From positions 1-64,000 of IMG/VR virus record IMGVR_UViG_3300028840_003497: 64,000 nucleotides of DNA. The stretch is one strand, 5' to 3'. The position numbers were made by a program, and so were the translations under genes. The stretch is from a virus. Under the pieces are notes generated by a model that worked only from the letters and a program-made list of their open reading frames with translations, was not told the origin of the DNA and searched no databases. This document shows positions 15,120 to 24,344 of the stretch, piece after piece (position 1 is the stretch's first letter; every line of letters begins with the position of its first letter).

Positions 15120-15481
15120 CCGTTTAGCTCCTTTGGCTTGTCATCGTCATCCATCTCAGACGTGTCATCCCAGTCAGGACCATCGTCATCGTCGTCGTCA
15201 TGCACATGAGACTGCCCGTTGCCGTTTCTAGCCCCAAGAGCGCCACTCACAGCCGCTGCAACGTCCGCGCCCCTACCCACAGCCCTCTCGGCTGCCTTAG
15301 CGGCACCCTGAGCCCCGTGATCACTGATGCCTTGACCAAGAATATACGTCGCCAGAATACCAAGCGCAGAGTACATAGCCTGATCACTCACAATCTTACC
15401 CAGCACATCGTTTACGATCATTCCAATCGCAGCCAATACACCCACTATCAATTTCTTCGATTTCAGACTATTAAAATCCAT
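15116..15481 (-). CDS. Putative holin
   Basis: LKSKKL followed by two TM helices ending YILGQGISD; charged C-terminal tail; near the endolysin. Confidence 0.65.
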   Translation of the reverse strand: MDFNSLKSKKLIVGVLAAIGMIVNDVLGKIVSDQAMYSALGILATYILGQGISDHGAQGAAKAAERAVGRGADVAAAVSGALGARNGNGQSHVHDDDDDDGPDWDDTSEMDDDDKPKELNG

Positions 15482-15490
15482 GTCAATCTC

Positions 15491-15811
15491 CTACTTTTTA
15501 AAGTGTTTTATAATCCTCGACGCCGCACTCTTTGCACTCAAGCCAGTAGAGTATCGAGGAGCACCTTTACCAGCCAAAGAAACCACCCACCCATCATCGT
15601 CTATCCCGACCCTGATCACGGGCTTGTCTCTCCATCCCTCATACGTCAACATCCAGGCTGGATCATCCTGGCCAGGTCGATCTATCCGCTTGAATACAAT
15701 CTCGTAATCAGGGAGTTTATTGTCAACCATACTCTTGATTGTATTAATTTCACGGACATGTTTGGGCACATCCACCAGGCGACGCATCTTTTGTTCAATT
15801 AGTTTCCTCAT
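15491..15811 (-). CDS. Leader-tagged small protein
   Basis: MRKLIE|QK. Confidence 0.75.
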   Translation of the reverse strand: MRKLIEQKMRRLVDVPKHVREINTIKSMVDNKLPDYEIVFKRIDRPGQDDPAWMLTYEGWRDKPVIRVGIDDDGWVVSLAGKGAPRYSTGLSAKSAASRIIKHFKK

Positions 15812-15836
15812 AACACAACTCCTTCTCCAGCACTCA

Positions 15837-16253
15837 TCACGACACCACAGCCCACTGAAGCCCGCGCTGCTTCGCTATTCGTTCTGCCGATTCAATCGCA
15901 TCTTCCTTGTCATCAAAAGACGCCAACTTTTCCCAGTTTCCACTTGCGAGAGGACCAATAATGACATCCCAAACCCCATCGATCAACTCGACTTCAATAC
16001 GCTGCACTATCGCAGCATCGCTCAAAACAGCTCGCAATTTTCGAATTGCTGAACTCTCAATATTTTTGATAATTGCTTCGGATCGCCGGAGAAGCTTCGG
16101 ATCTGCCGTTTTTTTAAACCTCTCGATGTTGCCAACAAGCGTATCAAGAGAATCTTTGATGTCACGAATCTCGTTCCTCACTTGCCTCAGAATCGAATTT
16201 CCAAGCCCTGTCTTTTCCAACTTGCGTTTCTTTGATTCTATGATATCACGCAC
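15837..16253 (-). CDS. Leader-tagged protein
   Basis: GTG start after GGAGG, giving MRDIIE|SK; helical domain paralogous to 16806-17441. Confidence 0.7.
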   Translation of the reverse strand: MRDIIESKKRKLEKTGLGNSILRQVRNEIRDIKDSLDTLVGNIERFKKTADPKLLRRSEAIIKNIESSAIRKLRAVLSDAAIVQRIEVELIDGVWDVIIGPLASGNWEKLASFDDKEDAIESAERIAKQRGLQWAVVS

Positions 16254-16266
16254 AATAAATCCTCCC

Positions 16267-16282
16267 GCGAACTTGAGTTCGC
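16267..16282. repeat. 16-bp palindrome copy 4 (GCGAACTTGAGTTCGC)
   Basis: Exactly between a stop codon and the next RBS. Confidence 0.9.
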
Positions 16283-16804
16283 TCAGTCGTAAACACCAAG
16301 ACGATCTCCCCATGAAGGAGTCCCTCTGAACAATATCTCATTCGCTACATCCTGTGGGGAATCGCTGAATATCTTCATTCCGCTTAGACCACTCGGAGCC
16401 TTGACAGCTCCTGACTTCTTGTCGTCTCCACGATTAGCCTTCACCGTCAGCGACGGGCTGAGTTTATGTTCCATATTGATATAGATAGCAAATTCACCAC
16501 CCGCGTACGGGAGCGATGTGTCACCCTCGAACTTGACCCACAGTGATGCTCCTTGAACCTTCGCGCCGTACGTGGAGTACCCGCGCTCAGTGAGATGCTC
16601 GACCAGGATGAACCCGACCATCTGCAGAAATTCAGAAACGACCCCCTGCCATCCCTGTTGAAACTTTGCGCGCCTGTTGGTCGAGAAATCCGATCCCTCA
16701 TCAATATTTTTCCTAAAGGCATCCTCACCCAGCACCTTCTCCGGCCTCACACCAGCGTACTCCAAGACCTCCGTCAGAATTTGATTCTTGCTCTTTATCC
16801 GCAT
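16283..16804 (-). CDS. Leader-tagged protein (second class)
   Basis: MRIKSKNQILTEVLEYAGVRPEKVLGED...IDE|G. Confidence 0.75.
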   Translation of the reverse strand: MRIKSKNQILTEVLEYAGVRPEKVLGEDAFRKNIDEGSDFSTNRRAKFQQGWQGVVSEFLQMVGFILVEHLTERGYSTYGAKVQGASLWVKFEGDTSLPYAGGEFAIYINMEHKLSPSLTVKANRGDDKKSGAVKAPSGLSGMKIFSDSPQDVANEILFRGTPSWGDRLGVYD

Positions 16805-16805
16805 A

Positions 16806-17441
16806 TCAAACTCCTTTCTTGACGTCCTGCTCGTACCCCTTCACCAGCGAGCGCATTCCACCCTCGCCATACTCTCCGTCAACCAGAAACTGCATCTTCT
16901 CCTGGAAGTGCGGAATGTCGCCCATAAAATCTACCGGCGGGATCTTTGCAAGCTCCTTGAGTGCCGAATCAATAAAATCTACGGCCTTCTTGAACGCAAC
17001 AGCGCGCTTCTTTAAGTTCGCCTTGGTCTTCGGAGCTAGTTCCTTCCTAGTCCGAGGATACTTGTAAGCAGCAGCCTCTTCAATATCACTCTTCTCTCCG
17101 AGCGATTCACCCTTGTGTGCGCTACGCACCCGCAAAGAAAGCCCCCCTTTGTAATCGTCGAGCATGCCACGCAACTTGCGAAAACCTGCTTTCTCAATTG
17201 AGTCAAGCGCCATGCCAGCTCTAGTAATCGTCGTCTTGTCAATCTTGGAATCGAGTTTCTTAACATATCCGACGAACATATCGAGAAAAGACTTGATATC
17301 CTTTACCTCATCCTTGGCAGCCATGTACACACCACGAGGCTCCCCCTCGGCAATATCATCCTCTCCGAGCACCTTCTTTGGATCGATTCCCGCGTTCCCA
17401 ATCATCTCGGACAGTAATTGTTTTTTCGTTTTCGTGATCAT
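16806..17441 (-). CDS. Leader-tagged modular protein (second class)
   Basis: MITKTKKQLLSEMIGNAGIDPKKVLGED..IAE|G...IEE|A; start revised. Confidence 0.75.
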   Translation of the reverse strand: MITKTKKQLLSEMIGNAGIDPKKVLGEDDIAEGEPRGVYMAAKDEVKDIKSFLDMFVGYVKKLDSKIDKTTITRAGMALDSIEKAGFRKLRGMLDDYKGGLSLRVRSAHKGESLGEKSDIEEAAAYKYPRTRKELAPKTKANLKKRAVAFKKAVDFIDSALKELAKIPPVDFMGDIPHFQEKMQFLVDGEYGEGGMRSLVKGYEQDVKKGV

Positions 17442-17445
17442 GATC

Positions 17446-17988
17446 CTACTCCCAACCGTAGTCGTCTTTGCAGACCTTGAATGCCTTCTCAAACGCCTTC
17501 TTAGCGGTTGGCCCAGAACCGTGCGCGACAACCCTGTTGGCATGTTTGTCAGAGCTTTCTCTGACGCCGAACTCGTATTTCTCCGGCTGTCCGTATCCGC
17601 CCATGTGGAAGATACGAATCTCCCCCTGGCTCTTGCGTTTCTCTTCGTCTAGACCATCCGCGTCCTCATCCTCGTCCTCTCCAAGCACACTCTTGGCCGC
17701 CGTGGTCAAAGCATCAGACACCGCCGACAGATACTTCTTAGCCGTGTCGTCGTCCTTCGCGGCGACGGCAAGACCCTTAAGAAGCTGGACCATCTTGAAC
17801 TGCGCGTCGGCGTCTTTGTAGTCCGTGTCACGCAGGGCCTTGATGATACCCTCCGTCTTGTTTTCCTCGTCGAGCAACTGACAAAGCATCTCCAAGGATG
17901 CCGCCGCATCTGTCACAACAGCCTCAGACTCGTCCAGATGTTTACCATCGATAATATTACCCAGATCTTCGATTATTTTCTTTTTCAT
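17446..17988 (-). CDS. Leader-tagged modular protein
   Basis: MKKKIIEDLGNIIDGKHLDE|S; three LDE junctions. Confidence 0.75.
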   Translation of the reverse strand: MKKKIIEDLGNIIDGKHLDESEAVVTDAAASLEMLCQLLDEENKTEGIIKALRDTDYKDADAQFKMVQLLKGLAVAAKDDDTAKKYLSAVSDALTTAAKSVLGEDEDEDADGLDEEKRKSQGEIRIFHMGGYGQPEKYEFGVRESSDKHANRVVAHGSGPTAKKAFEKAFKVCKDDYGWE

Positions 17989-17997
17989 GATAATCTC

Positions 17998-18537
17998 CTA
18001 AAGGGGCGACAAGAGAGTCAACTCCGTCACTGCCCATGGTTGAATTTCCAGTTCCGCAATACTAACTTCTCCGCCGCGAGCATCAAAATCCGTACCGGCC
18101 TTATAGCGCGTCGGAATGCAATCCCATAACAACCACGCCTTGCCTGGCCAGAATGCCGCAGCTTCCCAAGCACCAACGCCAATTTCATCGTCCGTATGAC
18201 CAATGCTTGTGAAATGGATCAGCAGAAGATTCCGGTTCGTCATGTCGAACCCACGAATCGCTCGCAACATCCACTGCCACATCGTATCGTCGTATCCGAG
18301 AACTCCTCGGGAGAGAGTAATCGGTGCAACAGCGCCACCAGAATACGCATGGCGCTTGTACATTGAATTGAGTTGCTTGATCTCGTCTACGTCTGCTGTG
18401 TACTCAGGCGTAGTAATCGCGCTGAACCCGAGGATGGGCGCTCCGAGAACGAGGTAAGGAAACGTCGCACTCGGAACCACGTCCAGAAGCCAAAAACGAT
18501 GGTTCTGCATGAAGTCTGCAAGACGATTCCGAGCCAT
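17998..18537 (-). CDS. Tail tube protein paralogue 2 (T4 gp19 family)
   Basis: GFSAIT.PE, ITLSRGV, W.W, C.PTRYKAG.DFDA...EVSIAELEI. Confidence 0.9.
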   Translation of the reverse strand: MARNRLADFMQNHRFWLLDVVPSATFPYLVLGAPILGFSAITTPEYTADVDEIKQLNSMYKRHAYSGGAVAPITLSRGVLGYDDTMWQWMLRAIRGFDMTNRNLLLIHFTSIGHTDDEIGVGAWEAAAFWPGKAWLLWDCIPTRYKAGTDFDARGGEVSIAELEIQPWAVTELTLLSPL

Positions 18538-18558
18538 TCAACGCTCTCCTCCCTCAGA

Positions 18559-19092
18559 CTAAGCGGGCTTCGGGAGCACGTCAAACGACTCCATTGCGAA
18601 ATCAACCTCTGCCAGCGACACCTCTCCAGACATCGAATCAAAATCCCCTGCTGGCTTCGCACGGGTCGGGACACAGTTGCTACACTCGATCCGTCGGAAC
18701 GAATCTGACGGATCGCCCTGCGTTGCGGCTCCCATCTCTGTCCGCTGGTAATGGTAGATTGTTACATCACACCGGTACTCGTCCCCATCGACCGAATCTC
18801 GGACCCAGTCGTAAAACGTAGTGTCAGACTTAGCCACGCCTCGCATCAGCGTGCAGTCTGAAACGGTCGGCGGTCCTGGGTACTTCTGCGTCCACTGGAA
18901 AGTACCCTCTCGGTACTCAACCGGCTCGACGCTAAGCTCTGGGATCGTCACACTCTGAAACCCAGCCTGACCGCCACCACTGAACTCGCCGGGACGGTTA
19001 AACTCCAGGGGATTGGCAGGTGCGCCTGCGCGATTCGCAACCACATGGAACCGGAATCCCTGCATCAGATCATCGACTGCTGCTCGTGCCAT
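18559..19092 (-). CDS. Tail tube protein (T4 gp19 family)
   Basis: GFQSVTIPELSVEPVEYREG...KYPG...TLMRGV...FYDW. Confidence 0.92.
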   Translation of the reverse strand: MARAAVDDLMQGFRFHVVANRAGAPANPLEFNRPGEFSGGGQAGFQSVTIPELSVEPVEYREGTFQWTQKYPGPPTVSDCTLMRGVAKSDTTFYDWVRDSVDGDEYRCDVTIYHYQRTEMGAATQGDPSDSFRRIECSNCVPTRAKPAGDFDSMSGEVSLAEVDFAMESFDVLPKPA

Positions 19093-19110
19093 TTTTTCTC
19101 TCCTTCAGCC

Positions 19111-19875
19111 CTACGACCGCTGCATGGTCGGAGGGAGATTTTCTCTTCCAATTATTCCTGTCTGGCTCGCTGTGGGTTGACCCCATCCTTGGCGAAGACA
19201 GAACATAACTCGTCCAACGGAACCCCAGTCATAAGTCGCCAGGGCATTCACCGCATTAAAATCTGCTGGAGTAGTCAACGTAATACTGACCGCCCCAGTC
19301 GCATAATCAATCGTCCCCGATCCACCACCACCACCAGCACCGACAAGAACACCGTCGGATGCCGGATCGGTAAACGTAACAGACCCTGCAACGATTGACA
19401 CCGTTCCAGGAACCACATTGCCGTTAACCAACTGAAGAGCATATGTCGGAGTAACCCCGTCTCCTGTTACTCCGGTATTCTCTCCAGAAACTGCTGTATC
19501 GTCCATCGCCTGGCTGGCCTTCACACGGACTTTAAAGGACGGAGGAACCAGGAAGCCACCATTTGTCTGCATGTAGCTTCCACTCGCCGCCCCTGTCTCC
19601 GTGTGAATAAGATACTCGATCCCATCGTCGTCTACGATGTAGATCGAGACGTCAGGTGCCGACGCACAAACCATGTCCCAGAATACCTGCTCAACGCGCA
19701 TCCCAACAACATCCGGAGAATCCAATTCACCGCCCACTGTTCCAAGAAGCCTCTTTTGGACACGACCACGGAATAAAGCCTCTTCCGTCGGGGTGCCATC
19801 AGGAGCAATCCCAGTGAACTGCCCAGGACCTAAAACCTCCTGAATAACCATTGTCGGTATGACTTGCGTTGTCAT
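19111..19875 (-). CDS. Virion protein sharing a beta-domain with the sheath insertions
   Basis: VVPGTVSI...TD...GTIDYATGAVSITL. Confidence 0.65.
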   Translation of the reverse strand: MTTQVIPTMVIQEVLGPGQFTGIAPDGTPTEEALFRGRVQKRLLGTVGGELDSPDVVGMRVEQVFWDMVCASAPDVSIYIVDDDGIEYLIHTETGAASGSYMQTNGGFLVPPSFKVRVKASQAMDDTAVSGENTGVTGDGVTPTYALQLVNGNVVPGTVSIVAGSVTFTDPASDGVLVGAGGGGGSGTIDYATGAVSITLTTPADFNAVNALATYDWGSVGRVMFCLRQGWGQPTASQTGIIGRENLPPTMQRS

Positions 19876-19918
19876 TAATTCACCTGCTTCTCAAGTTCCT
19901 CTTGAAGCCTAGCAACCG

Positions 19919-22720
19919 TTAACTGAGCGCTTTTTGTTGAAACCGAAACACAATAAACTCAGCGGGCTTATTGGGTGCGATTCCAATATCGCAGAAGACA
20001 AGCCCCTGATCCACAGTGTTCTGTGGGTTGTTGGTGCGGTCGCAAATGATAAAGAATGCGTCCTCCGGGCTAGTTCCAGCAAAATAACCAGCCTGGTACA
20101 AACCAAGCAAGAAACTCGTCAATTGAGTCCGGATAGCAGCCCACAGTGGAGGACCATTGTTTTTGAAAACGTGGCTATGCGTCGCGTTGAAGACAGACTT
20201 CTCGACGAACATAAACAGTCTTCGCATTTGGATGTAAGGCCACTCGCCACCAGCAATATCCAAAGAACGAGCACCCCATACACAACGTCCAGTGTGTGGC
20301 CATTGAACCAGTGCGTTAATCTTCTCTGGGTAGATCGTCCCGACCTGTGTCGGTGTAAGATCCAACTCCAGGCCAACGCTCCAGTCGATTCGTCCGTCCT
20401 CAGTACCAGCCGGGGCTTTACCCACGTTTTTGCTAACGTCAGTCCGGGCGTAAACACCCGCAACGTGCCCACCACATGGAATATCAGTCGCCACCTCCGT
20501 CACCGGATCGATGATCTTGATGTGCGGATAGTAAAGAGCAGCATAAGATGTGTATTTCTGAAGTTGGAATTTCTTCCAATTGACCGCCTCCTGCGGAGTC
20601 AGACCAGAAGGAACAGTCAGAATCACAAACTTGTCTTTTGTCAGTTCGGCGTAGGTGATCAGCGCATCGGCAACCACTGTATCAGTCTGGAAGTCGGATG
20701 CAACCAACTGCATCAGTTCATCCACCTTGCCAAATGCCCACAGACCCCGCTGGTCGGCAGCCAGAGAGGCTCCAATCACATCACCCGAGGTAATGGACGA
20801 TCCATCGGATCCGCCCGTCATCTGACCCAGCACGCCGTCGTTAGGGGGCACCAAGGCAGTAGCCTGTGTGTAATAAGTTGCAGTCTGAGCAGTCGCACCA
20901 CCAGGGCCAGACGCCGGGGCTCCGTCAATTGCCCAGGTCAGCGTAAACTCGCCTGTGTCGTAGTCCACTTCATTGGTGCCATTTGCGTCCAGACTGAACT
21001 TCTGCGGATATCCAGTAGCCTGCGTACTGTTCAGTGAGAGATTTCCGTCGCCGTCATCCACGATCGATACTGCCTCTGCATAATCAAACGCCATATAGAT
21101 GACCGCTCCTGCCACGAAATCAGGAGTCCCTGTACAGGCTGCGAGATTCAAAACGTCATCGGTCGGACCCACGAGGTCAGCTATCTGGCCAGTGGTATAA
21201 TCGATAGTTCCGATTTGAACAGCCGGACCAGCCCCGTCTGGGTGCATCAGCTTGCCAGTTCCATCGTCTGTAACAACCTGCAGGCCGTTCACCGAGTCAA
21301 TAAGGTAAATACTGACGCTGCTCGGAGTAATAGCCGCCGGAGTCGTCGTGCTACCAGGAGACACTATCGGAGCAATGGCAGCCGCCGGATTCGGACCTGT
21401 TCCAATCTGGAGAGCTGGCCGAATTTCATACGTGTCCGCCGCAGTCCAGGTGTTCGCTGTGCCACCGAGCAACGTTCCCACGACTGTCGTCGCAGTATTG
21501 TCGGTAATCAATGCCCGGCTGCCGTCTGTGGTGTTGTAGATGACCATTCCGATCAGAGCGTCTTCAACAAAACCAGCCCCAGTGTCGGTCATGAATGCAG
21601 CACCAGCCGAGGTAGTGTCCGCGCCACTCGCGTACAGTGTCCCCTCAGCGAAAGTGAAACTTGCCGCGAATGTCGTTGGGAAGCACGAATTTGCCAACTC
21701 GTAACTCCACCCCTTCCAGAGACCATCGTAGGCGTCTGGCGTGGCTACAGAAGATCCATCCGAATGAACCATTGTTGCCGAGAAGTCCTCAGCAGAAACC
21801 GAAGTCCCGGCCAGGGCTGGAGGGTCCATCTCATTGCCGTACTCGACGACTTCTATGAAATCAGATCCTCCAAAGTCCGCGTTCATGACCGTTGCCACGT
21901 AGCTCTTATGACTTGAATCATTGAAAACGAGGTCGGTAAATTGCTCAATTCCTACCCAGGACGGAACGCCGGTCTCACCAGCGTCCGTGTCTTCCTCGAT
22001 CAAAACCGTGAACCGTGTGTACCTGGCCTCTGCGTCCACGAGATAGTCGCTCGCGCCGGGAGTAATCCGAACTCGGTAGTAATTACCCGAGTCGCCAGGC
22101 CATTTCATCCGAAACTGGAAAATAGAATAATCGTAGATCGACTCGATGTCGTCGGCCCCGCCAGCATAGTCAGCTGGGTTCGCCAGCGTGATCGTGACCT
22201 CGCCAGTGTTGTAGTCGACAAATCCCGTTCCACCAGCTCCCGTTCCACCTGTTGCCGAGAGCACTCCGTCACCAGCTGCATCAGTGAAAATGTTATTGGT
22301 AGCTCCAGTAAACTCAAGGCTTACGGTTCCAGGAATCACCGGTGGGTTCGTTAACTGCAGGGCATACATGCCGCTGGCTTCCACCGTGTTTCCAAGGTCG
22401 TCCGGGCTGCTACTCGGGATCGAGTAAGCATAGTTCCAGAGGCCATCCTCTGCGTCTGACGCTGCAACTCGTACAACATACAAACGCTGCCCCCCGTTCT
22501 GAAAGAATGCAAACGCCATAGTCGGCGTCAGACCCTTTGAAGTGAACGTTCCGAATTTAGATGCGAACTCTGGATAGCTCGTCACCAGGATCGGATCATC
22601 GACAGGTCCCTTTTCAGTGAATCCGATCAGCCCAAGATTGGACGTCGAAACGCCAGCGATCGGGCCAGGGCCACCAGGAATCTCTTTAATGTACACACCG
22701 GGATACGTGTATTCTGACAT
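19919..22720 (-). CDS. Tail sheath protein (933 aa, with large insertions)
   Basis: YPGVYIKE N-terminus; YAALYYP, GHVAGVYARTD, KAPAG, VWGARSL, RRLFMFVE and PAEFIVFRF. Confidence 0.97.
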   Translation of the reverse strand: MSEYTYPGVYIKEIPGGPGPIAGVSTSNLGLIGFTEKGPVDDPILVTSYPEFASKFGTFTSKGLTPTMAFAFFQNGGQRLYVVRVAASDAEDGLWNYAYSIPSSSPDDLGNTVEASGMYALQLTNPPVIPGTVSLEFTGATNNIFTDAAGDGVLSATGGTGAGGTGFVDYNTGEVTITLANPADYAGGADDIESIYDYSIFQFRMKWPGDSGNYYRVRITPGASDYLVDAEARYTRFTVLIEEDTDAGETGVPSWVGIEQFTDLVFNDSSHKSYVATVMNADFGGSDFIEVVEYGNEMDPPALAGTSVSAEDFSATMVHSDGSSVATPDAYDGLWKGWSYELANSCFPTTFAASFTFAEGTLYASGADTTSAGAAFMTDTGAGFVEDALIGMVIYNTTDGSRALITDNTATTVVGTLLGGTANTWTAADTYEIRPALQIGTGPNPAAAIAPIVSPGSTTTPAAITPSSVSIYLIDSVNGLQVVTDDGTGKLMHPDGAGPAVQIGTIDYTTGQIADLVGPTDDVLNLAACTGTPDFVAGAVIYMAFDYAEAVSIVDDGDGNLSLNSTQATGYPQKFSLDANGTNEVDYDTGEFTLTWAIDGAPASGPGGATAQTATYYTQATALVPPNDGVLGQMTGGSDGSSITSGDVIGASLAADQRGLWAFGKVDELMQLVASDFQTDTVVADALITYAELTKDKFVILTVPSGLTPQEAVNWKKFQLQKYTSYAALYYPHIKIIDPVTEVATDIPCGGHVAGVYARTDVSKNVGKAPAGTEDGRIDWSVGLELDLTPTQVGTIYPEKINALVQWPHTGRCVWGARSLDIAGGEWPYIQMRRLFMFVEKSVFNATHSHVFKNNGPPLWAAIRTQLTSFLLGLYQAGYFAGTSPEDAFFIICDRTNNPQNTVDQGLVFCDIGIAPNKPAEFIVFRFQQKALS

Positions 22721-22747
22721 TGTTCGTCTCCGTGTTGTCGAGCCGCC

Positions 22748-23308
22748 TTACTTTTTCTTGCGGCGTTTTTTCTTGTTTGATTTAAACGCACCATCGCCCT
22801 TGCTATTATCATCAGGGCTTCCGTCAACAATCGGCAACACGTCAACAACGTCAGCACTAGAACTTAGATCACTGGACTCGTCAACCGAGCCCTGTGCTGA
22901 AACCTTATCGGACTTATCGGGAGTCTCTTCGGCAGTATTCTGCTCATCTATCTGATCTTTATTGGCAGCAACCACCTCACCATCTGTCATCTCTGGCTGG
23001 CCCTTCGGCTTTCTCGGAGCCTGCGTCTTGTCAGTCGTCACACCCTTCTCTGCAATCTTTTGAGCCATCGCAGACTTGGGAGTCACAGCCTTTATATCCT
23101 CGGGCGTAACAGGCTTGAGAGTCGCAACCATCGATGCGCCAGGTTGCTTACCAGTACGTCGAAGAAGCCCCTTATTCTTGAGCGCCTGAACTTCACGGAG
23201 GTTTGGCTCTAAAATTTCGACCCGAGAATGGGGACGGACCGCAATGGAAACCCCCTTCTTCACCGGCACTGTTTTAGCGACATTTCCTGAGTAATAAAAC
23301 CACGGCAT
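22748..23308 (-). CDS. Hypothetical protein upstream of the sheath
   Basis: Small N-domain plus low-complexity tail; GGAGG RBS. Confidence 0.65.
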   Translation of the reverse strand: MPWFYYSGNVAKTVPVKKGVSIAVRPHSRVEILEPNLREVQALKNKGLLRRTGKQPGASMVATLKPVTPEDIKAVTPKSAMAQKIAEKGVTTDKTQAPRKPKGQPEMTDGEVVAANKDQIDEQNTAEETPDKSDKVSAQGSVDESSDLSSSADVVDVLPIVDGSPDDNSKGDGAFKSNKKKRRKKK

Positions 23309-23317
23309 AATGCCTCC

Positions 23318-24043
23318 TCACCTCACAACGAGGCCATCATTGACCTCTTGGATTTGACTTGGGGTATATCGAGCATAGGTCACATGCGGTTCAATCATTG
23401 CAGGGAAAACACGATCATCGTGAAGGTCAATCTCTGCTCTCACTGTGAATGACACTGTATATCCCACTGTTCTCTCCGCAATATCTGCCAGCTCCGAGGT
23501 ATTGGAAATCGAAACCTCTCCTGCATCATATTCTCGCACATCACCCTTGCTGTCAACCACTTTGAAAATGAACCATGGCGGAATAAATCTTCGAAGGACG
23601 TAGTGCAGCATCAAAATGGCTTCCTGCTTGCGCCGCGCCATCACCATGCAATCATACGTTATGTCAAATTGCGTGGCCCTCCACTGATTATCATATTTTG
23701 TGTATCCAACAGTACCGTCCGGCAACTCCACCTTCTGGGCATCCTTGGATGGAGCCCTCGCCACCCAGGTATACCAGGGATGACGATCGAAAGCCGGAGT
23801 CAGATCGTTCTGACGAAACTGAAAACACGGGAGCATGAACGGTTGGTACACGTCCTCTGGATCCTGAAACTGACAAGGAACTTTATTGTTAATATCCGAG
23901 AATCCAGAATTTAAATGCGGAACATCGCAAGCGTAAATAGAACGAGTCTCACCATCCACATCGTAATGTTCAATATCGGCTTCGAGGGTCTTCATACAAC
24001 CCTCGTCCCAATCGCGCAGATTAAGTGTTCCAATTACGGACAT
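23318..24043 (-). CDS. Putative tail terminator / sheath stabiliser (gp15-like)
   Basis: Position, plus LP.F.F...D..R, FDITY..ARR.QEA...LRRF.P and YTVSFTVRA patterns. Confidence 0.6.
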   Translation of the reverse strand: MSVIGTLNLRDWDEGCMKTLEADIEHYDVDGETRSIYACDVPHLNSGFSDINNKVPCQFQDPEDVYQPFMLPCFQFRQNDLTPAFDRHPWYTWVARAPSKDAQKVELPDGTVGYTKYDNQWRATQFDITYDCMVMARRKQEAILMLHYVLRRFIPPWFIFKVVDSKGDVREYDAGEVSISNTSELADIAERTVGYTVSFTVRAEIDLHDDRVFPAMIEPHVTYARYTPSQIQEVNDGLVVR

Positions 24044-24055
24044 TAACCACCATCT

Positions 24056-24071
24056 GCGAACTCAAGTTCGT
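24056..24071. repeat. 16-bp palindrome copy 5 (GCGAACTCAAGTTCGT)
   Basis: Intergenic, between a stop and the next RBS. Confidence 0.9.
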
Positions 24072-24073
24072 AG

Positions 24074-24328
24074 CTACTCTTCGTCGTCAGTGGAAACGTC
24101 ACTATCTCCACTTTCTTCACCCTCGCCACCTTGAGTTTCGCTCTCGCCCTCTCCATCATCACAGCCTTCGCATCCGCCGATCTCAATATCGCCGTCTTCC
24201 GCAGCCTTGTTAATAACGTCAAGCGCGTCATCAATTGTTGCATCCCTTCGATCAAGAGCGCGTTTCATCAACTCGTTCTCGACCCCCTGTAGCGTTCCCT
24301 TTAAATCTACTAGTTTTTCATCTGGCAT
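24074..24328 (-). CDS. Small acidic protein
   Basis: AGGTGG RBS; fits the gene packing. Confidence 0.6.
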   Translation of the reverse strand: MPDEKLVDLKGTLQGVENELMKRALDRRDATIDDALDVINKAAEDGDIEIGGCEGCDDGEGESETQGGEGEESGDSDVSTDDEE

Positions 24329-24344
24329 CGTAATCCACCTTCAA

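Noticed and set aside
17998-22720. Bacterial eCIS/tailocin locus
   Set aside because: Capsid, portal, protease and terminase genes are present, so this is a phage.
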